From assembly GCF_013002225.1 (NCBI RefSeq), contig NZ_JABDKL010000061.1: 64,000 nt of DNA; one strand, 5' to 3'. The stretch is from Winogradskyella sp. (GTDB lineage: Bacteria; Bacteroidota; Bacteroidia; Flavobacteriales; Flavobacteriaceae). Within the stretch, counting starts at the first letter, position 1. Each line of letters starts with the position of its first letter. The notes beneath the pieces were generated by a model. That model was not told the DNA's origin. It did no database searches and saw only the letters and a list, made by a program, of their open reading frames with translations. The position numbers and the translations under genes were made by a program. This document shows positions 8,875-17,100 of this stretch, one piece after another.

Positions 8875-8925
8875 CGGAATACCGTTAGTGATTAAGAATC
8901 TCAAAGCCATTCTGCGGAATACCGT
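8875..8925 (-). promoter_or_regulatory. pair of putative enhancer (UAS) sites for the sigma54 activator
   Basis: Identical 11-mers CGGAATACCGT at 8875-8885 and 8915-8925 (plus-strand reading), exactly 40 bp apart, each with a CGG-N4-CCG dyad. They lie about 95 and 135 bp upstream of the -24 element. Confidence 0.55.
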
Positions 8926-8927
8926 GG

Positions 8928-11900
8928 TTAGCTTTTCTTAATGCCTAACTTTTTTATGCGATCTCTTAATGTACTTGGTTTTATCTGAAGTAGTTGCGAG
9001 GCTCCATTATCGCCTTCTATTTTCCAATTGCACTGACTAAGTATTTTTTCTATGTGCAACCGTTGTACATCGTTTAGACTAAGTACTGATTTAGAAATTG
9101 AAGTTTCTTTTGAGTCAGACACAAAGCCAGGAACAAATAGTGTCTCTGCATTAGACAGAATTACGGCGCGCTCTATTAAATTTTCTAACTCTCTTATATT
9201 TCCTGGCCAATGATAATTCTGTAAGGCCAATTTAGTGTCTTGAGGTATAAACTTTATGGTTTTATTATACTTCTTGCCAAACCTATTAACAAAATGTTCT
9301 ATTAAAATAGGAATGTCTTCTGTGCGTTCTCTTAATGGTGGCACAGTAACCGGGAAAACATTTATTCTAAAATATAGATCTTCTCTAAAATTATTTTTAT
9401 CAATTTCAGCTTTTAAATCTCTATTGGTAGCGGTAATAATTCTAATATCAACTTTTTCTGTTTTAGTACTGCCAATAGATTCTATTTCACCCTCTTGAAT
9501 GGCGCGCAACAATTTTGGTTGCATATCGATTGGTAATTCGCCAATTTCATCTAAAAACAGCGTGCCACCATCTGCTAGTTTAAATTTCCCATCCTTGTCA
9601 CTAAATGCTCCTGTAAACGATCCTTTTGTATGGCCAAACAACTCACTTTCAATAAGTTCTTTTGGTATTGCCGCACAATTTACCTTAATAAGTGGCTTAT
9701 CTTTTCTATTACTTATGTTGTGAATAGCTCTTGCCAAAAGCTCCTTACCTGTACCAGATTCACCAAGCAAGAGCACAGTGGCATCAGTAACTGCAACGGT
9801 TTCAATATCTGTTAGTACATCACTAAATGCAGCACTCCCATAAACCATTTCCTCATAGTTAAAAGCGAGATCCAACTCTTCTTTTAAATAGACGTTTTGT
9901 TTTTCTAATTCTCTTTTTAAATCTGTAAGCTCTTTGTTTACCTGAATTAATTTTTCATTAGATTCTAACAGGTTATTTTCTGCTTTTGTTCTTTCACGGG
10001 TCTCTATCATTAAAGATATAATTGTCGCGACTGAAGCTGCAAAGTTTTCTTCTTCGCTCGTAAACACTCTATCTTGTACAGCACACTCAAAACTTAAAAT
10101 TCCGTAGCGTCTATTTTTACTGAAAATTGCCGCATCGAGTTTGCACCCATTTACATTTAAGGCTTTAAGCGCTTTCGCATATTTTATCGTTCTTGGATCT
10201 TCTTTTATATTAGGTATACTTAAAAGGGAATTACTTTTCAGCGCTTTAAAGTAATCTGGCATTTCCGTTTCACTTAAAACTAAATCATTGTCAATTTGAG
10301 TTGTTTTATCTGTATCGAAGAATAAATTCCCATGTATTCTACTTTGATCATCATTAAACTTCCAGATTATAATGGTATTAATATTTAATGCCTTAGATGC
10401 TAGTTGCGTTATTTTTTTGATAACCGTGTTATAATCCTGTCCTATTAAGGTAACCATTGTAGAAATAGCATCCTTTCGTTGTTTAGATAACCTAGCCGCT
10501 TCCCTTAATGCCTTAGCTTCTGATTTGCGCTTCGTAATATCATTGATCGTGGTAAAATATGCAATGGTTTCGCCATCATTGTTCTTTACAGAGGATAGTG
10601 CTAAAGAAACCGGAAACCGCGTACCGGTTTTAGTCATATACCAAAATTCTTTAATATTTTTTCCCCAATGATCTCTTTGCTTAAAAACATTAAAAAATTT
10701 GTCATGGTCTTCGGGAGGCCAGTATTTAAATGGCGGTTTTGAACCTACAAGTTCTTCTTCTGTAAACCCCGTCATTTCACAAAGTGCCTTATTAACCCTT
10801 ATACTTTCTCCTTTAGGATTTACAACAGATAGCCCTTCTTGTAGAGAATTTAATAGCTCTTCAGAAAATTCTTTTTCAAGTATTAAGTTTGTTTCAACTT
10901 TTTTTCGCTGGTTATTTTCGACTGCCAGAGACACAATACTTGCAATAGTTGTAGCAAATTGCTCCTCGGCTGATGTCCATTTTCTTTTTTCGCCTATTTG
11001 TTCAAAACAAATAACACCAAATGGCTTTTCTACGCCACTAATAAAAACATCTAGCATGGATGTAATACCAAAGTCCGAAAGATAATCGCTGGCTAATTCT
11101 TTAGTAATTCTATTATGATAGACATCATCTATTTTAAGGGTCTTTCTTTTATATAAAGCTTTAAAATAAGACGGGTAATTCTCAGAATGCAACGTGAGCG
11201 TATCTACAAATTTGTTAGTCTCTAAATTATAGGCATTAATACAGTGAATTGCAGTTTCGTCCTCATTAAATTTCCACAAACTTACACGTGCCACCTCCAG
11301 CACGTTTGATGACGTTGAAGTTATTGTTTTTAAAATATCATCGAAATCAGAACCAATGAGGTTTACTAATTTTATAATAGCATCTCTGTTAACTTCTGCC
11401 TTTTCCGATTTTTCCTTTAATTCATTCTGATACTTAATGCGTTCTGAAATATCAATGATGGTAGATACATAACCAATAATTTCATTTTTATGATTGGTAA
11501 TTTTAGCTGAAGCTGCAGCGACCTCAAATCGATCACCATTTGCCTTTTTAAAAATAAGCTGATCCCTATCAAAAACACCATCTAATCCAAGCTTTACATA
11601 CTTTCTAAATTTTTCATATTGCTCAGGTGGCCAGTGCGGAAAGGGCTGCTTAGTCCCCACAATATCCGATTCTTTAAAACCTGTTAACTCGGTATAAGCT
11701 TTATTAACACGTATACAGGTTAAATTAGCGTCCAATACTATTAAACCTTCATACATACTATCTAAGAGTCGGTCAGAAAAATTCTTGGTTATATACAGTT
11801 CATTTTCTGTGTTTTTAAGCGCGCTTATATCTAAAATTGAGGATTGTACATAGGCACTACCTTGAAGTTGGATAAACTGAAAAGTTGCCAGTCCGTAAGT

Positions 11901-12215
11901 TTTTAAACCATCTTTTCTTAACACCTCAATTTCATGAGATTTAAAAACTTGCTTTTCTGTTAACACCTCTCTAATAGAATCTGCTTCTTTAAAAGAAATG
12001 AGCTTTAATTCTTCAACCGTTTTACCAACAACATCTTTACGTTTGTATCCTGTAAATTTTTCCCACGACTCATTGACATCTACTAATTTTCTATCCTTTT
12101 TATTTGAAAGTGTGTGTGGCGTAGGGTTATTATGAAATATTTTAGCATATGGGCTATTCTGTGCAAATACAGTTTGTGAAGATTTTTCGATATGGTCGCC
12201 CTTATTACTTTTCAT
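8928..12215 (-). CDS. sigma54-dependent transcriptional activator (bEBP): PAS, PAS-GAF, PAS-GAF, AAA+, Fis-type HTH; no receiver domain
   Basis: Walker A GESGTGKE. ELFGHTKGSFTGA (GAFTGA-loop variant). Walker B TLFLDEIGE. WPGNIRELEN. C-terminal HTH ASQLLQIKPSTLRDRIKKLGI. The N-terminal 790 aa contain an internally duplicated PAS-GAF module. Confidence 0.9.
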   Translation of the reverse strand: MKSNKGDHIEKSSQTVFAQNSPYAKIFHNNPTPHTLSNKKDRKLVDVNESWEKFTGYKRKDVVGKTVEELKLISFKEADSIREVLTEKQVFKSHEIEVLRKDGLKTYGLATFQFIQLQGSAYVQSSILDISALKNTENELYITKNFSDRLLDSMYEGLIVLDANLTCIRVNKAYTELTGFKESDIVGTKQPFPHWPPEQYEKFRKYVKLGLDGVFDRDQLIFKKANGDRFEVAAASAKITNHKNEIIGYVSTIIDISERIKYQNELKEKSEKAEVNRDAIIKLVNLIGSDFDDILKTITSTSSNVLEVARVSLWKFNEDETAIHCINAYNLETNKFVDTLTLHSENYPSYFKALYKRKTLKIDDVYHNRITKELASDYLSDFGITSMLDVFISGVEKPFGVICFEQIGEKRKWTSAEEQFATTIASIVSLAVENNQRKKVETNLILEKEFSEELLNSLQEGLSVVNPKGESIRVNKALCEMTGFTEEELVGSKPPFKYWPPEDHDKFFNVFKQRDHWGKNIKEFWYMTKTGTRFPVSLALSSVKNNDGETIAYFTTINDITKRKSEAKALREAARLSKQRKDAISTMVTLIGQDYNTVIKKITQLASKALNINTIIIWKFNDDQSRIHGNLFFDTDKTTQIDNDLVLSETEMPDYFKALKSNSLLSIPNIKEDPRTIKYAKALKALNVNGCKLDAAIFSKNRRYGILSFECAVQDRVFTSEEENFAASVATIISLMIETRERTKAENNLLESNEKLIQVNKELTDLKRELEKQNVYLKEELDLAFNYEEMVYGSAAFSDVLTDIETVAVTDATVLLLGESGTGKELLARAIHNISNRKDKPLIKVNCAAIPKELIESELFGHTKGSFTGAFSDKDGKFKLADGGTLFLDEIGELPIDMQPKLLRAIQEGEIESIGSTKTEKVDIRIITATNRDLKAEIDKNNFREDLYFRINVFPVTVPPLRERTEDIPILIEHFVNRFGKKYNKTIKFIPQDTKLALQNYHWPGNIRELENLIERAVILSNAETLFVPGFVSDSKETSISKSVLSLNDVQRLHIEKILSQCNWKIEGDNGASQLLQIKPSTLRDRIKKLGIKKS

Positions 12216-12494
12216 AAAACATTTGAGCTATTTATAGCACTATCCTTACAGTGATTACACTGATTAATTGGTTTTTAAATAAATGTTTTAGTCAAGCAAG
12301 AAACTTGAAGGTATTAAAAATAGTGATACACAGCGTGTTAAATCACATATACTTTTAACTCAAATACGTTGAAAACAAAAAAGCATCCCGATTTTCTTAT
12401 TCAGAAAAAAGGAAAGCCTTTCATTGGTAAGTCCCATTATTAGAGGACTCACTACTACTCCGAGATTGCTCTCGGAACAACACAACATCATTAT

Positions 12495-12524
12495 ATTAAA
12501 AAAGCTCTAATTTCTCAGAGCTTT
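12495..12524 (-). terminator. terminator after tRNA-Asp
   Basis: AAGCTCT (12502-12508) pairs with AGAGCTT (12517-12523), followed on the minus strand by a T-run. Confidence 0.6.
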
Positions 12525-12535
12525 AGCAATTTTAG

Positions 12536-12609
12536 CGGTCTGGACGGGACTCGAACCCGCGACCTTCGCCGTGACAGGGCGACATTCTAACCAGCTGAAC
12601 TACCAGACC
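12536..12609 (-). tRNA. tRNA-Asp (anticodon GTC)
   Basis: Reverse complement reads GGTCTGGTAGTTCAGCTGGTTAGAATGTCGCCCTGTCACGGCGAAGGTCGCGGGTTCGAGTCCCGTCCAGACCG. It has a 7-bp acceptor stem, D-loop AGTTCAGCTGGTTAGAA, anticodon loop CTGTCAC and T-arm GGTTCGAGTCC. No CCA is encoded. Confidence 0.95.
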
Positions 12610-12684
12610 GTTGCGTAATTGCGAGGGCAAATATACATTGCATTTTTAATTTGGCAAACAAAATTCATAAAAAAAGGTAAATTT

Positions 12685-13620
12685 TTAAACAAATTTTTTG
12701 CGTTCAATCATAAAGGTAGTAAGGATACTATTAAATCCTGCATTTATATTGGCTTCGACATATTTAATTCTATACTGACCACACTTTAATCTTAAATTTT
12801 CAAAATATTGCCCAACCGCCTTTTCATAGTTCTCTTTAATAGTGTCGGCATATAAATTTATGTGCTCACCTGTCTCTATATCTACGAAGCGCTTAGGTCG
12901 GTTATCAAAATTAAAAGCTAATTCTTTCGCCTTATCAAACACGTGAAATAAAACCACTTCATGTTTATTATGTTTTAAATGTCGGAGTGCTTCAAACAAC
13001 TTTTCATCATCTTCCGTGGTTTGAAACATATCTGTAAACACAAATATGAGGGATCTTCGATGAATCTTTTCTGCAATTTGATGTAGATACTGATAGGTTT
13101 CGGTATTCTTAGAATGTGCACGACTAACGACTGCCTCACTTAGCTTGTTTAATAGCATTTGGTGATGACGCTCACTGCCTTTTTCTGGAGCATAAAAATC
13201 ATAAGTATCACTATAGATACTCAAACCAACGGCATCTCGCTGTTTTTTTAAAATATGCATCAGAGACGCACCTGCCAATGCCGAAAATGCTATCTTATTA
13301 AGATTTTCTATGGTGTTACCAGCCGATTTCGGATAGTGCATCGAGCTACTATTATCTAATATAAGGTGACATCTTAAATTAGTTTCTTCATCAAAACGTT
13401 TTGTGTATAAACGATCTGTCTTAGCATACAACTTCCAATCAATGTGCTTTGTGCTTTCACCTTGATTATAAATTTTATGTTCTGCAAACTCCGCAGAAAA
13501 ACCATGGAAAGGACTCTTATGCATCCCTGCGATAAAGCCTTCAACCACCTGTTTAGCGAGTAATTCCAGATTTTTAAATCCTCCTGCTTTATTTAGCTCT
13601 AACTGTAAATCCATAAGCAA
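12685..13620 (-). CDS. DUF58 domain protein (vWA-like, usually MoxR-associated)
   Basis: HKSPFHGFSAEFAEHKIYNQGESTKHIDWKLYAKTDRLYTKRFDEETNL is the characteristic DUF58 N-terminal block, followed by a vWA-like LILDNSSSM segment. Confidence 0.8.
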   Translation of the reverse strand: MLMDLQLELNKAGGFKNLELLAKQVVEGFIAGMHKSPFHGFSAEFAEHKIYNQGESTKHIDWKLYAKTDRLYTKRFDEETNLRCHLILDNSSSMHYPKSAGNTIENLNKIAFSALAGASLMHILKKQRDAVGLSIYSDTYDFYAPEKGSERHHQMLLNKLSEAVVSRAHSKNTETYQYLHQIAEKIHRRSLIFVFTDMFQTTEDDEKLFEALRHLKHNKHEVVLFHVFDKAKELAFNFDNRPKRFVDIETGEHINLYADTIKENYEKAVGQYFENLRLKCGQYRIKYVEANINAGFNSILTTFMIERKKFV

Positions 13621-13630
13621 CCGAAACTAA

Positions 13631-13659
13631 AAAAGGTTTGCCGTATAGACAAACCTTTT
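13631..13659 (-). terminator. terminator after trxA
   Basis: AAAAGGTTTG pairs with CAAACCTTTT in a 10-bp stem with a 9-nt loop, and a T-rich 3' side on the minus strand. Confidence 0.55.
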
Positions 13660-13681
13660 ATCATTTCTTTTAGAGTATTAA

Positions 13682-13999
13682 CTATAAAAGTGCGTCAATT
13701 GCTTCAGCATAAGCATTCTTAGGTGCTACACCTACTTGGCGACCAACAACTTCTCCGTCTTTAAATACTAAAACCGTAGGTATGTTTCTTACGCCATACT
13801 TAGCAGCAAATTCCTGGTTTGCATCTACATCTACCTTTCCTACGACAGCTTTACCATCGTACTCTGTGCTTATTTCATCAATGATTGGTCCAACCATACG
13901 ACAAGGTCCACACCAAGCTGCCCAAAAATCTACCATTACGGGTTTATCACTCTTTAATACTGTTTCTTCAAACGTTGCATCTGTTATTTCTAATGCCAT
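13682..13999 (-). CDS. trxA: thioredoxin
   Basis: 105 aa with the WCGPC active site and a typical thioredoxin sequence throughout. Confidence 0.95.
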   Translation of the reverse strand: MALEITDATFEETVLKSDKPVMVDFWAAWCGPCRMVGPIIDEISTEYDGKAVVGKVDVDANQEFAAKYGVRNIPTVLVFKDGEVVGRQVGVAPKNAYAEAIDALL

Positions 14000-14113
14000 A
14001 TTATTTATTTTTTAAACTATTCTACTTCAATTACACAAAATTAGTCAAAAATTTTGCCAAACCTTACATTGGCAGTATTTGATTTAATTATACTACTATT
14101 GGTAGGTCATATT

Positions 14114-17100
14114 CTAATTTAATTTATACTTTACATCGTGTTCTTTTAGCTCGTTTAACAGCTCTTGAGAAATTTTGACTTTCTGTTTGCGACTTGGCAT
14201 ATGTACTTTGATTTTTTCTTTGTTGTCATATACCACAAAATTCAGCGTATTGTTACCGTCATGTATCTTTAAAATATCATGTAAGGCCGAGATTTTGCCT
14301 TCACCTAAATCATCGATATTTAACTGTATTGACAACTTTTTCGCATAGGTATCCATCACATCATGCAACAACTGAAAACTATTAAATTGAATTCGTGGTT
14401 CGCCCTTTTTACCAGTATCCCTATTGACCCAACCCTCTTTAACAAAAGCCCTTACATACACAAATGAATTTACAACAAAAAAGTGTCTGAATTTAAGGTA
14501 GTCTTCACCAAAAATTCTGAATTCGAAACTATCTGTATAATCTTCAATTGTAAACAGGGCCCATCCTTTACCTTGCTTACTCACCCGATGTTGTACGTCC
14601 GTGACTACACCACCAAATGTAATCTCTCTGTTTAATATAGATTCTAGATCATTAAAATTTGAAACTGTGCCATTGCAGAACGTTTTCATTTCAATTTTGA
14701 AATCGTCTAAGGGGTGACCAGATATATAAATTCCCACGACTTCCTTTTCGCGCGAAAGCTTTTCCATCGTCCCCCAATCTTCACAAGGTGGCACCTGTGG
14801 CTCTGCAATTTGAACATCACTTGAGGCTCCAAACAAACTCACCTGAGCAGAGTTTTCATTTTCCTGATGCCTAGCTCCATATTTAATAGCTTTTTCTAAA
14901 AATGTAATTCCATCTCCATCATGTGCAAAATATTGTGCTCTATGGGTATCTGAAAAGCAATCAAAACCACCTGCATTGGCTAAACCTTCAAATGATTTTT
15001 TATTGGCTGCTCGTAAATCAATTCGTTTTGCTAAATCAAAAATAGACTTATAGTGTCCATTTTCCTTTCTGCCCTCTACAATTGTTTTTACAGCGCCATG
15101 ACCGACACCCTTAATGGCACCCATTCCAAAACGTACAGCATTATCTTTATTTACAGAAAACTTATAATAGCTCTCATTAACATCTGGTCCTAAAACCGGT
15201 AAGCGCATTCGCTTACATTCTTCCATAAAAAAGGTCACGGATTTAATATCATTCATGTTATTAGACAACACAGCAGCCATATATTCTGCAGGATAGTGTG
15301 CTTTAAGATAGGCTGTCTGGTACGCAATCCAGGCATAGCAAGTGGAGTGCGACTTATTAAAGGCATAACTTGCAAAAGCCTCCCAATCTTTCCAGATCTT
15401 TTCAAGCTTTTCTTTATCCATCCCTTTAGCAGCAGCTTGTTCAATAAATTTTGGCTTCATTTTATCGAGTACCGCTTTCTGCTTTTTACCCATCGCCTTT
15501 CGCAATACATCTGCTTCACCTTTAGTGAAATCGGCCAATTTCTGAGAAAGCAACATAACCTGCTCCTGATAAACTGTAATCCCGTAAGTTTCAGCTAAAT
15601 ATTCCTCTGTTTCTGGCAAATCATACACAATCTCTTCATCACCATGTTTTCTACGAATAAAACTTGGGATATATTCCATCGGACCAGGTCGATACAGTGC
15701 ATTCATGGCGATTAAATCATCGAAAACTGTAGGTTTAAGATGTTTCATGTGTTTTTGCATTCCAGGAGATTCGTACTGAAAAATACCAACTGTTTCACCC
15801 TTCTGGAATAACTCATAGGTTTTCTCATCATCTAATGGAAAACTTTCTGGATCTAACTCAATTCCATGTTTTGCCTTAACAATCTTTACAGTATCCTTAA
15901 TTAGAGTCAGGGTTTTTAAACCCAAGAAATCCATTTTTAGTAAGCCAGCACTTTCTACTACGGAGTTATCAAATTGCGTGACATATAAGTCGGAATCCTT
16001 GGCTACTGAAACTGGTACATAATTGGTAATATCACCAGGTGTAATAATAACACCACAGGCATGAATCCCAGTATTTCTCACCGATCCTTCTAAAATCCTG
16101 GCTTGATTTACGGTTTCGGCTTGCAGGTCTTCCCCATCCGAAATATTAAGGAGCTCATTAACCTTTTCTAAATCTTCTTGTCTAAACTTTTTTGCCAGTT
16201 CCTTTTCATCAAGTCCAAAGATCTTTCCCAGCTTAGACATGGTCGGAATAAGCTTTGCAATATGGTCGGCTTCGTTCAGCGGTAAATCTAAAACTCGGGC
16301 AGTATCTCTAATTGAGGATTTAGCAGCCATAGTACCGTATGTGATAATTTGTGCCACTTGATTGGCACCATATTTATCAATAACATATTGCATCACACGA
16401 CCTCGCCCTTCGTCGTCAAAATCGATATCGATATCTGGCATACTAACACGATCCGGATTTAAAAAACGCTCAAAAAGCAGGTCGTACTCAATAGGGTCTA
16501 TATTAGTAATCCATAAGCAATACGCTACAACAGAACCGGCAGCAGACCCTCGACCAGGTCCAACTGAAACATCCATTTTTCGGGCTTCGCGAATAAAATC
16601 TTCAACAATTAAAAAATAACCTGGATAGCCTGTGTTCTCAATAACACTCAACTCAAAATCGAGCCGTTCTTTAATTTCTGAGGTTATTTCTCCGTAGCGT
16701 TTTTTTGCCCCTTCATAGGTGAGGTGTTTTAAATAGGCATTTTCTCCACGTTTACCACCATCGGCTTCATCTTCTTCGTGCTTAAATTCATTTGGAATGT
16801 CGAACGCAGGTAGTAATACATCTCGTGCTAACTCAAAAGGCTCTATTTTATCTACAACCTCTTTTATGTTTACTATAGCTTCTGGTAGGTCTCTAAAGAG
16901 TGCTTTCATCTCTTCAGAAGACTTGAAATAGTATTCCTGATTAGGTAAACCATAACGATAACCACGGCCCCTACCTATTGGCGTGGCTTGTTTTTCACCA
17001 TCTTTTACACATAGTAAAATATCATGTGCATTGGCATTTTCCTGTTCGACATAATACGTGTTATTTGTAGCCACTAATTTAACATTATGCTTGTGAGCGA

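Noticed and set aside
9256-11085. Plus-strand track ORFs inside the activator gene (9256..9498, 9499..9723, 9630..9815, 10699..11085). Similar antisense ORFs occur inside dnaE, leuS, pckA, the Mrp gene and many others.
   Set aside because: They lie fully antisense to long genes with strong family motifs. Their Ser/Leu/Ile/Phe-rich low-complexity translations are typical of shadow frames in AT-rich DNA, and they have no motifs or independent signals.
12430-12476. Two small hairpins (AGTCC...GGACT at 12430-12449 and TCCGAGA-ttgc-TCTCGGA at 12459-12476) between tRNA-Asp and the activator gene.
   Set aside because: The stems are short, there is no adjoining T-run on either strand, and no recognisable RNA family motif. 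This is not enough to call a feature.
3894-12609. The sensory locus as a tRNA-Asp-associated integrated genomic island.
   Set aside because: There is no integrase or transposase, no copy of the tRNA 3' end at the far side that I could find, and no visible compositional break. Adjacency to the tRNA alone is not evidence.
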